DNA of 64,000 bases from an uncultured Chloroflexia bacterium (GTDB taxonomy: Bacteria; Chloroflexota; Limnocylindria; Limnocylindrales; CSP1-4). Positions within the stretch are counted from its first letter, which is position 1. Each line of letters opens with the position of its first letter. The stretch is from positions 1 through 64,000 of the forward strand of contig CAWHXD010000007.1 in NCBI GenBank assembly GCA_963833225.1, read 5' to 3'. Made by a program: the position numbers and the translations under genes. A model generated the notes under the pieces. It had not been told where the DNA came from. It did no database searches and saw only the letters and a list, made by a program, of their open reading frames with translations. Shown here piece by piece: positions 42,081 through 51,578 of the stretch.

Positions 42081-42488
42081 GTGCGCGCCGTCCTCGACAC
42101 CAACGTCCTCATCTCGGCGATTCTCTCACCGCGCGGGACACCCGCCCGGCTTCTGCTGGCCTGGCAAGCCGGAGCGTTCGACCTCGTCGTTTCGCCGGCC
42201 CTCCTGGCGGAGCTGCGCCGGGCGCTCGCGTATCCGAAGCTCGAGCGGCTCGTCTCGCGGTCGGATGCCGATTCGTTTGTCGCCTGGATCGGCCATTCGG
42301 CGGTGCTCGCCACGGATCCGGAGGGTGAGCCGCCCGTCCACGCGGCAGATCCGGCGGACGACTACCTGCTCGCCCTCGCGGCCTCGGAGCGGGCGGTGCT
42401 CGTGTCTGGTGACGCCCACCTCACCGTCCTGGGCAACCGGTTCCCGGTCCGGACGCCGGCCGACTTCCTGGCGTCGCTGGAGACGTAG
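42081..42488 (+). CDS. PIN family toxin
   Basis: VLDTNVLISA, DPADDYLL, LVSGDAHL. Confidence 0.9.
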   Translation: MRAVLDTNVLISAILSPRGTPARLLLAWQAGAFDLVVSPALLAELRRALAYPKLERLVSRSDADSFVAWIGHSAVLATDPEGEPPVHAADPADDYLLALAASERAVLVSGDAHLTVLGNRFPVRTPADFLASLET

Positions 42489-42523
42489 GGCCGCCAGCAC
42501 GTATCGAAATCGTCGTCGCCAAT

Positions 42524-42539
42524 CCTCTCGCCCCGACCA
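42524..42539 (+). repeat. att core 11
   Basis: Exact; arm B. Confidence 0.9.
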
Positions 42540-42556
42540 GATCTCATGACATGTCG

Positions 42557-42588
42557 AAGCCGGACCCCTGCGGTCCGGCTTTCTTGTT
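42557..42588 (+). terminator. Rho-independent terminator after the core
   Basis: AAGCCGGACC-CCTGC-GGTCCGGCTT then TCTTGTT. Confidence 0.65.
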
Positions 42589-42804
42589 GCCGGGCGGGTG
42601 GTCCTCCGAGCAGTCGCAACCGTAGGTCATCCGCGACCGGGAGGGCAACGCAGATGTGTACGGTCCTGATGAACCCGCACCCGGACCGCCGGCGTGGTCC
42701 GCCGCACCGTTCATTCTGTGGTTGACATTGAAGGGTTAGCGGACCAATCTTCAGCTATCCCTTCATTCTCGGCGGCCGAATGAAGCAATACGACTGGAGA
42801 CGGC

Positions 42805-44115
42805 ATGCCACGGTACGTCGAGCGGACTTGGGCGGGCGACCCGGGCGCGATGGGGGGACGCCGGGCACGAACGTCGTTCCGCTTCCGAGCATTCGTGCCG
42901 GACGACATCGCCGGACTGGCGCCCGTCGTCCCCTTCGAGGTGGCCGGCCTGGCGGCGGATGCTGAGGCCACGATCCGGGCCCTCAACGAGCGTGCCTCGG
43001 TCGGCGGCCTTGAGGCGATCGGCCCGTTGCTCCTCCGGGCGGAGGCGGTCGCCTCGTCGCGCATCGAGGGCTACGAAGTCTCGTCGCTCAACCTCGCCCG
43101 GGCGCTCGTGGATCCCCGAGCCGCGCGCGGGAGCGCCCGAACGGTGGCCGCCAACGTGTCGGCGATGGAGGAGGCGATCGCCATCGCTGACGGCGACCGG
43201 CCGATCGCGATCGACGACCTGCTAGCGATCCACGCGATCCTGATGTCCGGCGACGAGCGGGCACGGCCCGGTAACCTCCGCGACGAGCAGAACTGGATCG
43301 GCGGCCGGCTGGACAGCCCGCGCGACGCCGCATTCGTGCCCCCGCCGGAAGACCTGGTGCCCGCGTTGCTCGAGGACCTCGTCGCCTTCATCGCGCGGGA
43401 CGAGCTGCCCGCCGTCGCCCAAGCCGCGATCGTCCACGCGCAGTTCGAGACGATCCACCCGTTCATCGACGGCAACGGGCGCGTCGGCCGCGCGCTGGTC
43501 CACGTGGTCCTGCGCCGGCGGGGGGTTGCCAGTCGGTTCGTGCCCCCGGTCTCCATCGTGCTCGCGGCTCGTCCGGCGTCGTACATCGATGGGCTCACCG
43601 CCTTCCGCGAGGGACGGCTCTCCGACTGGATCGCCTCGTTCTCCGGGGCGGCGGCCATGGCTGCCACGGTCTCGATCGACCTCGCCGACCAGGTGGCCGG
43701 GCTGCAGGCGGCGTGGCGCGAACGGGCCGGCCGACCGAGGGCCGGTTCGGCGGCGGCGAAGCTCATCACCCTGCTGCCGGCACTCCCCGTCCTCTCGGCG
43801 CCGACGGCCCGCGTTGCCATCGGTGTGAGCCAGCAACAGACGCTCGCTGCGCTCAAGGCGCTTGCGGACGCAGCTGTGGTGCACCAGATCAGCGGCGGCT
43901 CGTACGACCGGCAGTACGCGGCATCCGAGCTGTTTGACCTGCTCACGGCATACGAGGCCCGGGTCGTCAGCAGGATCGGCCAACGGGGATGGGGTAAGGA
44001 CGGGGCGACAGACGGGGCGACAGGTCAGATGACACCGCAGCCGCCAGCGAGCCGGGATATTGAGGTCGATCGTGGAGGTTTGTCTCCTCTCGCCCCGACC
44101 AGATACGCCAGTTGA
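42805..44115 (+). CDS. Fic family protein
   Basis: SSRIEG and HPFIDGNGRVGR. Confidence 0.9.
   Translation: MPRYVERTWAGDPGAMGGRRARTSFRFRAFVPDDIAGLAPVVPFEVAGLAADAEATIRALNERASVGGLEAIGPLLLRAEAVASSRIEGYEVSSLNLARALVDPRAARGSARTVAANVSAMEEAIAIADGDRPIAIDDLLAIHAILMSGDERARPGNLRDEQNWIGGRLDSPRDAAFVPPPEDLVPALLEDLVAFIARDELPAVAQAAIVHAQFETIHPFIDGNGRVGRALVHVVLRRRGVASRFVPPVSIVLAARPASYIDGLTAFREGRLSDWIASFSGAAAMAATVSIDLADQVAGLQAAWRERAGRPRAGSAAAKLITLLPALPVLSAPTARVAIGVSQQQTLAALKALADAAVVHQISGGSYDRQYAASELFDLLTAYEARVVSRIGQRGWGKDGATDGATGQMTPQPPASRDIEVDRGGLSPLAPTRYAS
44086..44101 (+). repeat. att core 12
   Basis: Exact; arm A. Confidence 0.9.
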
Positions 44116-44266
44116 TGCGCTTCGTGCTCAGAATCGCCACGCCGGGCTCTCACAGGCCAGTCCCATCTTGCCCCGCCGTACCTGAATGTCCCGCTGCCTG
44201 GTTCTGAGCCCCCCGATCTTGCAAGTCTGGCGACCCCGAAGCCCTGCCATCTCGTAAACTGACGGC

Positions 44267-45667
44267 ATGTTGACGCGCGACCAGGTCAATGCGCTGAACC
44301 CCTGGTGGAGTGATGCGGGCTGGCGTCCGGCGGACGACCTGCACCTCGCCGCCGCTGACGAGGCCCCGTTCCGCTGGGATCCGCGCCCGTTCGATCCAGA
44401 CGACCTTGCCTCAGGCGCCGTGTTCACCCTGCGCGGCCTCCGCCAGAGCGGCAAGACGACGCTCGCCAAGCGTCTCATCGCCGATCGCGTCGCCGCGGGC
44501 CACGGCCGCCGCACCTGCTTCCTCACACTCCAGACCGTCACCACCGCCGACGAGCTGCGCGAGGCCATTGAGCTCGTCCTGCGCCTCTGGCCGGACGCTC
44601 CCGGCGAGTGGCTGTTCGTCCTCGACGAGCTGACGTTCGTCCCGGACTGGGCGCGCCCGATCGTCTACCTGCGCGAGCACGACCGCGCGTTCCGCGCCGC
44701 GACCGTGCTCCTCATGGGATCGTCCGCGTATGATCTCGCGTCGTCGGCCGACCTCCTCCACGGCCGGCGCGGACGCTGGCACCGCCCGCTCGACCGGCTG
44801 CACATGCCGATGAGCTTCCGCGACTACACGGCCGCCCGGAGCCTGGCCGCGGTGCCGGAGGCGAGCATCGGTCTGGCGGACCTGCTCACCCCCGACGGAC
44901 GCGCTGCGGTCGATGTCGCGAGCTTGCGCACGGCCGAGCTCGACCAGTACCTGGGCGAGTACGTCCGCTGCGGCGGCCTCCCGGCCCCGGTCACCGACAT
45001 GCTCCTCGACGGGCGCGTCGCCGATGCCACGGTGACCGAGCTCTGGAGGGGGATCTCCGCCGACGCGCGGCGCCTGTCGCGCAGCGACCTCGTGCTGCGC
45101 AAGCTCCTCGCCCGGGCGGTGGTCGCGCTCGCCTCGATGACCGACACCGGGACCCTCGCCCACGAGCTCGATGTCAGCCGCCCCACCGCGGGCGCCTATG
45201 TGGACGTCCTCGCCGCGTCGTTTGCCCTGATCGCCCTCTACCAGCGCGACGCCAAGCGCCAGGACGGGCCAGCCCTGCGCCGGCCGCGCAAGCTCTACCT
45301 CGGTGACACGGCCCTGACGGCGATCCCGGGTGTGCTCGGCGGTCCGGCTCCGGTCGAGGGCGCCCTCGTCGAGAACGCCATCGCGATCGCGCTCCTACGG
45401 GCGGACCGGGCAGCGCTCGAGGGCTTCGCGCACCCCGATCACCTGTACTACTGGCGCAGCGCCGATGGCCGGGAGGTCGACTTCCTGGTCACGGATCCCG
45501 CACTCGTCGCGGTCGAGTCCAAGTACGCGACGCACCGCACCGGCAAGGACTACGAGAGCATGACCAAAGCGTTCGGGCGGGGGATCATGGTCAGCCGACG
45601 GGACATCGAGCTGGACCGGGAGGTCGTGACCGTGCCGGCGGGCGTGCTTCTGGCTCTGCTGGGATGA
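44267..45667 (+). CDS. AAA_14 ATPase with DUF4143
   Basis: GLRQSGKTT, VLDELT, GGLP, RKLYLGD, EVDFLV..VESK. Confidence 0.85.
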   Translation: MLTRDQVNALNPWWSDAGWRPADDLHLAAADEAPFRWDPRPFDPDDLASGAVFTLRGLRQSGKTTLAKRLIADRVAAGHGRRTCFLTLQTVTTADELREAIELVLRLWPDAPGEWLFVLDELTFVPDWARPIVYLREHDRAFRAATVLLMGSSAYDLASSADLLHGRRGRWHRPLDRLHMPMSFRDYTAARSLAAVPEASIGLADLLTPDGRAAVDVASLRTAELDQYLGEYVRCGGLPAPVTDMLLDGRVADATVTELWRGISADARRLSRSDLVLRKLLARAVVALASMTDTGTLAHELDVSRPTAGAYVDVLAASFALIALYQRDAKRQDGPALRRPRKLYLGDTALTAIPGVLGGPAPVEGALVENAIAIALLRADRAALEGFAHPDHLYYWRSADGREVDFLVTDPALVAVESKYATHRTGKDYESMTKAFGRGIMVSRRDIELDREVVTVPAGVLLALLG

Positions 45668-45680
45668 GGAAGGCTTGGCG

Positions 45681-45800
45681 ATGACCGGCACCTGGCTGTC
45701 GATCCGCGTCGACCTCGTCGAGGGTCGCGGGGAGCGCCTATGGCCGCGACCCGGACGGATCTTCGCGGCGGCCCGGAGCCACACGTTCGCCACCCTCCGA
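45681..45800 (+). pseudogene. pRiA4b ORF3-like N-terminal fragment
   Basis: TWLSIRVDLVEG..PRPGRIFAAARSHTF. Confidence 0.5.
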
Positions 45801-45922
45801 TCGCACGGCGCACGGACGGAAGCGCAACTTCACGAAGCTGCTGGACAACGCACGATGGTGACGGCTCCGGCATAGATCGTGCCCGGCGAGGTCGCCAGGT
45901 GGGAGGCGTGCACGAGATCCGG

Positions 45923-46349
45923 TCAGGCGATGGAGCGGTCGCGTAGCCACCGTGCCGAACCAGTCAGAGCGATGCTCAACGGCAAGGAGACCGGGACATT
46001 AAGGTCGGTCGTGGAGGCCTGTCTCCTCTCGCCCCGACCAGATCGACCTTCCTTCACGCGGACGACGCCGGCCCCGAAGGCCGCGTCCCATCCCCGGGCT
46101 TTCGGTTGGGCGGTCAGCGTGAATGTGTAGTCGGTCACTCCCGGGACGTCGATCCGCTCGAACGCGGCCTCGGCGATCGCGTGGCGGCCGGCGTCCGAGG
46201 TCTTCGCCAACAGCGCCGGCAGCGACTCCAGGTAGGCGCGTACCTCGGCGGCCGTTGGGATGCGTGACGGTCGGACCACCGCCGCTGCGGCCTCGGCGTC
46301 GAGCCGCACCATCGTCGCCTCGAACCGACCCAGGTCGCGATCCTTCGCG
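45923..46349 (-). pseudogene. LSR 3' stub
   Basis: 46025-46349 is identical by eye to 25427-25751. Confidence 0.85.
46025..46040 (+). repeat. att core 13
   Basis: Exact; arm A. Confidence 0.9.
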
Positions 46350-46450
46350 TGTGCGTGGTCACGCCGGCCACGTGCACGCGCCGCGAGTTCGACGAAGATC
46401 AGGATATCGGGCGTGGTGTTAGACTAGTCGCAGACCAGATGGAGAGGCGA

Positions 46451-46690
46451 ATGCGACGGATCGGTGCGTATGAGGCGAAGACCCACCTTCCCCGGCTGCT
46501 GGACGAGGTAGCCGGCGGGCAGGCGATCACGATCACGAAGCACGGTGTCGCGGTCGCGGTGCTGGGACCTGTGTCGGCGTCCCCGACCCGGACGCCGCAC
46601 GAGGCGATCGCGGGCCTGCGGGCCTTCCGCGCCGCCCACCCCCTCGGCGGGCTGTCGATTCGGGAGCTCATCGATGAGGGCCGGCGTTGA
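46451..46690 (+). CDS. Phd family antitoxin
   Basis: IGAYEAKTHLPRLLDEV..ITITKHG. Confidence 0.9.
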   Translation: MRRIGAYEAKTHLPRLLDEVAGGQAITITKHGVAVAVLGPVSASPTRTPHEAIAGLRAFRAAHPLGGLSIRELIDEGRR

Positions 46691-47097
46691 TGTTCGTCGT
46701 GGACGCCTCCGTTGCGCTCGCCTGGTGCCTGGCCGACGAGTCATCCGAGCTCGCTGGGCGGGCCCTTGATCGGCTTGAACAGGACGAGGCGCTGGCCCCG
46801 GCGATCTGGCCGCTCGAGGTCGCGAACGGGCTGCGCACCGCGGAGCGGCGTGGACGGCTCGATCTCGCCGACATGGCGCACGTCCGCGAGTTGCTGGTGT
46901 CGCTTCCCATCGAGGTCGAGAGCGTCCCGCTGGACGTGGCGCTGGGCGAGGTGACCGAGCTCGCCCGCCAGCTCGATCTGACCGCCTACGACGCGGCCTA
47001 TCTCGCACTGGCGGCGCGACATGGGGTTGCCCTGGCCACGGTCGATGCGCGGCTCAGGCGCGCCTGCGAACGAGCCGGCGTCGAACTCGTAGGCTGA
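46687..47097 (+). CDS. vapC: VapC PIN toxin
   Basis: VVDASVALAW, LTAYDAAYLALA, LATVD. Confidence 0.9.
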   Translation: MMFVVDASVALAWCLADESSELAGRALDRLEQDEALAPAIWPLEVANGLRTAERRGRLDLADMAHVRELLVSLPIEVESVPLDVALGEVTELARQLDLTAYDAAYLALAARHGVALATVDARLRRACERAGVELVG

Positions 47098-47141
47098 GCG
47101 GGTCGGCCGTTCGCTGAGTCATCGAAATCGTCGTCGCGATT

Positions 47142-47157
47142 CCTCTCGCCCCGACCA
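47142..47157 (+). repeat. att core 14
   Basis: Exact; arm B; right arm homologous to cores 5 and 11. Confidence 0.9.
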
Positions 47158-47312
47158 GATCTCATGGCACATCGAAGCCGAACCAGGCACACCGACGTTC
47201 CTGTTCCTCGGTTGTGGCACTCGACCCGGACACAGGAGCGAAAGCCCCGGGCGTGCGGCACGGGCGCTTGTGTGCGACACGCGCCTGTCAGTTTGCAAGC
47301 CCGAGCCGGGGC

Positions 47313-47705
47313 CTAGGGTCGAACCTCGACGAAGCCCGCCGCACTGAAGTCGCCGTCGAAGGCCAGTGCCTCCCCGAGGCGCTCCCGGCGCATGACGACG
47401 AAGCTCGCGGCATCGACGAACGAGTAGACCCGCTCGTCGTGGCGCCGGAGCCAGGCCCTTGCCTCGCGCTCGATCCCCTCGTCCACATGCACGACGGTGA
47501 GCCAATCTGCGGACTCAACCGCGTCGAGGAACGCGACGGCCCCTGGGTGCCCGTCGCGCCGGCGCAGGAACGTCCAGGTCTCGCCGACGACGTGGTTGGT
47601 CGTCAGGAGCGCCTGACCGGGCGCCCAGAGGCGGACTGCGTCCGGGTGATTGGCATCACGCCGGAGCCGGAGCGCCACCCAGTAGGAGGTGTCGACGAAC
47701 CTCAC
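47313..47705 (-). CDS. vapC: VapC PIN toxin
   Basis: FVDTSYW, YSFVDAASF, AFDGDF. Confidence 0.9.
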   Translation of the reverse strand: MRFVDTSYWVALRLRRDANHPDAVRLWAPGQALLTTNHVVGETWTFLRRRDGHPGAVAFLDAVESADWLTVVHVDEGIEREARAWLRRHDERVYSFVDAASFVVMRRERLGEALAFDGDFSAAGFVEVRP

Positions 47706-47914
47706 GAGCCGTAGACGACGTCGTCGACGGGTTCCGGCGCAGCATCACTGCCGCCGATCCAGTCGCGGAATGGATCGACCGTCGGCTCTGCCTCGCCGAT
47801 CGAGCGTCGGACGGCGTCCCGGATGAGGGCCGCCTTGGACGTATGCGTTCGACGCGCCCGGGAGGCCAGCGCGTCGTCCAGCCCCTCCTCGATGTAGATC
47901 TGCAGTCGCTTCAT
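47702..47914 (-). CDS. vapB: CopG/RHH antitoxin
   Basis: MKRLQIYIEE..SKAALIRDAV. Confidence 0.85.
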   Translation of the reverse strand: MKRLQIYIEEGLDDALASRARRTHTSKAALIRDAVRRSIGEAEPTVDPFRDWIGGSDAAPEPVDDVVYGS

Positions 47915-47987
47915 TGTTGGAGTATACATCTAACGACAGCGTATACGCCACCATCCCTCGCGGCTTGCACTGTCGCGGGACTCGCGG

Positions 47988-48848
47988 TCATTCATGAAGA
48001 AAGGCGATGAGGGCTGAGGCAAGTTCGGCCGGAGCGTCCTCTTGCACAAGGTGGCCGGCCCGTGCAATGAGCCGCAGCTGTGCGCCCGGGATGCGTGAGG
48101 CGAGTTCGAGGCCCTTGGCCACCGGAATCCAGGCATCGTCCGCGCCCCAACACACCAGGACCGGGATGTCGATCGCGCCGTACCGATCTTGAATCTCGTC
48201 GGTGTGGCCTTGCTCGGCCTGGGCGATCTGACGGTAGAAGCTTGACTGGCCGCTGCCACCCAGCCAGGGTTCGACGAGCCGGTCGAGGGTCGCCGGAAGG
48301 AGTCCCCGACAGCTCGCCGAGCTGATGTATTCGCGAACCAGGGCACGATGGAGGGTTGGCGGGAGTCGACTGAACACCTCCGAGTTTTCGCGGACCAGCT
48401 GGAAGAACGGCGATCCCCACGGCGCCAGGGCGACCGCGTCGACCAACGCGAGTTTGCGGTATCGAGCGCCATGGAGCAGGTAGGCGCGGAGGGCGACAGC
48501 GCCGCCGAAGTCGTGTGCGATCACCAACGGTTCCGCCAGCCCCCAATGCGCCAGGAGCTCGGCGAACACCCGGCCCTGAGCGGCGAGCGACACATCTTGT
48601 CCATCGGCCTTTTCCGAGGCTCCATAGCCGGGCATGTCCCAGAGGAACACCTGGTGATCTCGGGCAAGCGAGCGGGCGATGCCACGCCAGACGTAGGAGG
48701 AGAAAGGAGTGCCGTGCAGGAGGACGACCGGTTCTGAGCCCGCCGTTCCTAGGGAGTCCCAGCAGACTCGGCCGGAGGCGCTGCTGTAGTTCTGGTTCAG
48801 CTGCCCATCGATCACCGTTGGCCGTCCCCCGAGTGAACGTTGACCCAT
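47988..48848 (-). CDS. Alpha/beta hydrolase
   Basis: LLHGTP, AHDFGG, AGHLVQED. Confidence 0.9.
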   Translation of the reverse strand: MGQRSLGGRPTVIDGQLNQNYSSASGRVCWDSLGTAGSEPVVLLHGTPFSSYVWRGIARSLARDHQVFLWDMPGYGASEKADGQDVSLAAQGRVFAELLAHWGLAEPLVIAHDFGGAVALRAYLLHGARYRKLALVDAVALAPWGSPFFQLVRENSEVFSRLPPTLHRALVREYISSASCRGLLPATLDRLVEPWLGGSGQSSFYRQIAQAEQGHTDEIQDRYGAIDIPVLVCWGADDAWIPVAKGLELASRIPGAQLRLIARAGHLVQEDAPAELASALIAFLHE

Positions 48849-49264
48849 GTCAGGTGCCGGTGGTCAGTCTCCGGGTTCATCAATGCGCCCTTTCTGAGGC
48901 TCCTGACACCGTGTCGACGATCCGGGACTTGGCTCACCCTACCCAGTATCACCATGAGCCGATAGTGGGTTCTGCGGCCGCGTCTGCGAGGCACGGCGCG
49001 GTGTTCGCGAGCGCTCGCGTCGATCCCCCCGTCCGGCTATGTCACGCCGGCTCGCCCACCGAATCGCTTGCCAGTTGCGCCGCCGTCAGTTGAACGATGA
49101 GGCGGTCGCGGCGATCCATCACCTCCGATACAAGGCCGCGAAGATCTCTTGTTGGCTCGAGGTCTCGGCTGGATGGGCGCATACGATCCGGCGGTAGGCG
49201 GCCGTCGGGCTGCGGCGCGTCCGGACGGCGGCTGAGCCGGCCCGACGTGAGCGCCGGTGCCCGG

Positions 49265-49320
49265 TCCGCGTCGAACGGCGCGCCGCCAGCGGCGAGCGGC
49301 ATCACGTGGTCGAGTGACAG
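49265..49320 (-). pseudogene. Phage HNH remnant
   Basis: LSLDHVMPLAAGGAPFD matches LTVDHVVPLAAGGAPFD at about 1280-1330. Confidence 0.6.
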
Positions 49321-49345
49321 CGGTTCCGCCCATCATACTCAGCCG

Positions 49346-49879
49346 ATGCCGCCGCCTCGCCCATCGCTCGCCGCACAGTTCGCCGCCTTCCTGCGCTTGG
49401 GAGCATTCGCCTTCGGTGGCCTCGGGGCTGCGCTCGGACTGATCGATCGCGATCTGGTCGAACGCCGCGGCTGGGTGGCTGCCGAGGACCTGCGGGCCGC
49501 CCTCGCATTCACCAAACCGCTGCCCGGCTCAACGGTCGTGCAGGTCGTCGCCTTCCTTGGGTGGCGACTCGGTCGCTGGCCTGGGGCCCTCATCGCGTCG
49601 GTCGCGTTCGTCCTCCCGTCGGCTGCGCTGATGATCGGCGCGGCGGTTCTGTTGACAGCTGCGCCCGGCGGGCGCGTGCTCGAAGGAGCGCTTCTCGGCG
49701 TCCAGATCGCAGTCGTCGGCCTGCTCGCCTCGGCCCTCGCCCGGCTCTCGGGCGATCTCCCCACTGCCCGGCTGCAAGGACTTGCCCTGCTGGCCATGGT
49801 CGCCGGTCTGTTCTCGATCAACGCAGCCGTGATCGTCGTCATCGCCGGCCTCGTGTGGATGGTCGTCCATGCTCCTTGA
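49346..49879 (+). CDS. chrA: Short-chain chromate transporter subunit
   Basis: FLRLGAFAFGG, PLPG, FVLPS. Confidence 0.85.
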   Translation: MPPPRPSLAAQFAAFLRLGAFAFGGLGAALGLIDRDLVERRGWVAAEDLRAALAFTKPLPGSTVVQVVAFLGWRLGRWPGALIASVAFVLPSAALMIGAAVLLTAAPGGRVLEGALLGVQIAVVGLLASALARLSGDLPTARLQGLALLAMVAGLFSINAAVIVVIAGLVWMVVHAP

Positions 49880-50396
49880 ACTGGTGCTCCGGTTCCTGGT
49901 CATCGGCGCCGTCGCCTTCGGAGGTGGCCAGGCGGCGCTGCCCCTGGTGGAGCGGCTGGCTGTTGGCGAGATGGGCTGGCTCAGCCCGTCTCGCTTCGCG
50001 GTCGGTGTCGGGCTCGCCTATGCGACCCCGGGACCGGTGCTCATCCTCGCCGCGTACGTCGGCTATGCCGTTGCGGGGATCGCCGGAGCGCTGGCGGCCA
50101 CCGTCGCGGTCTTCGCCGTCCCGGTGGCGCTGGCAGCGAGCGCCGCGGCAGTCGTCACGCGGCTCGAAGCATCGCCACGCTTCCGTCGGTTCGCGGCGGG
50201 CGCATCGGCCGGGGCTGTCGGGCTTCTCGGGGTCACCCTCCTGGCGTTGGCCCGACCCGTCGGCGTCGTCTCCCCGGTCCTACTGCTGATCTCAGCGATC
50301 GTCTTCCTCGCGGCCCGACGAGTCTCGCCCGTCGCACTGCTGGCCGTGGCCGTCGTGGCCGGCGGCCTCATTGGAGCCGCCACGGGAACGCCTTGA
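49869..50396 (+). CDS. chrA: Short-chain chromate transporter subunit
   Basis: AVAFGGG, ATPGP..AAYVGY. Confidence 0.85.
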   Translation: MLLELVLRFLVIGAVAFGGGQAALPLVERLAVGEMGWLSPSRFAVGVGLAYATPGPVLILAAYVGYAVAGIAGALAATVAVFAVPVALAASAAAVVTRLEASPRFRRFAAGASAGAVGLLGVTLLALARPVGVVSPVLLLISAIVFLAARRVSPVALLAVAVVAGGLIGAATGTP

Positions 50397-50627
50397 GGCC
50401 CGCGAGTCGTCGATGTCCCGCCAGGGCAGAGACGCCTTCACCGCTGTGTATGCCCTTGCGGGTTGGAGGGCATCGCTCAGAATGGCTCGAGACTCGGGAC
50501 CAGGAGCCAGCCACCGGCCCGTCCTGCCGCCCGGTCCCCGCGGGCAGTCGCAGGGTGCGGGACTTGATCGTCATGGACGGCCTCCGGTTCGTGGAGCGGT
50601 GGCCCACGATGCGGGCAGTGGACGCCC

Positions 50628-51062
50628 TCAGTGCTCGGCGGGTGCGGGCGTCAGCAAGACGAGGGCGATCGGTCGCGCGGTGAGCTTCTGGTAGCCGTCG
50701 TATCGCCCGTGGTTGACCTCATTGACGAGGCGCCAGAGTCGCGGATAGTCGACGTCGCCAGACTCGACGATCCGGGCCCCGGCCGCGGCTCGCCGCCGGC
50801 CGACCTGGATAGTGACCTCGGAATTGGCGCTCACGTTGTGGAGCCATGCTGGAGGCCGGTCCTGCCCGCCGTTCGAGGCGACAACGACGTACCGGCCCTC
50901 ATCGATCCCGTACACGAGCACAGCCACCCGCGTCTTGCCCGTGCGGCGTCCGGTCGTGCGGAGGATGAGCGATGGCACGCCGATCATCCGGTGCCCCAGC
51001 CTCCCGTCGCTGCGCACGTAGACGGCCTGGTGGAGTCGGAGGAAGGGGTCGGAGATGGACAT
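50628..51062 (-). CDS. Deazaflavin (F420)-dependent nitroreductase family
   Basis: LRTTGRRTGK, VVASNGG..PAWLHN. Confidence 0.85.
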   Translation of the reverse strand: MSISDPFLRLHQAVYVRSDGRLGHRMIGVPSLILRTTGRRTGKTRVAVLVYGIDEGRYVVVASNGGQDRPPAWLHNVSANSEVTIQVGRRRAAAGARIVESGDVDYPRLWRLVNEVNHGRYDGYQKLTARPIALVLLTPAPAEH

Positions 51063-51217
51063 GGCCGACAGGGTACGCTCGGATCCCGTAGGCACGTTGA
51101 CGACGGCGGTACCCGGCTCGGGCAGCGCGATCTTGACAGGAGAGCCCGAGAGGGTTATATATCGCTCCACGATATATCGCCTGTCGCTATTGCTCGCCGG
51201 CGGACGCGCTGGCAGGC

Positions 51218-51574
51218 ATGCCACTGGAGGACACCGTGACGTCCGGCCTACTCGACCTCGGCCGCTTCGCAGAGCCGTCCATCGCCATCCTCATCTCGCT
51301 GAGCGAAGGCCCCAAGCACGGCTACGCGATCATGGCCGATGCCGAGGCGACAACCGGCCAACCCCTGGGCCCGGGCACCCTGTACGCGGCGCTCGGGCGG
51401 CTCGAGCGGCGGGGGCTGATCGAGGCGCTCCCGCCCGAGGACCGGCGGAGGCCGTATCGCCTGACAGGGCTCGGCGCCGCGACCCTCCGCGCCCATCTCG
51501 CCCAGCTGGAGCGACTTGTTCAGACGGGCTTCGTCCGCCTGAACGGGTTGGCCGGCGCTGCAGACGGGTCCTGA
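51218..51574 (+). CDS. PadR family regulator
   Basis: PKHGYAI, GPGTLYAALGRLE, RRPYRLT; upstream palindrome ATATATCG-5nt-CGATATAT. Confidence 0.9.
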   Translation: MPLEDTVTSGLLDLGRFAEPSIAILISLSEGPKHGYAIMADAEATTGQPLGPGTLYAALGRLERRGLIEALPPEDRRRPYRLTGLGAATLRAHLAQLERLVQTGFVRLNGLAGAADGS

Positions 51575-51578
51575 CCCG

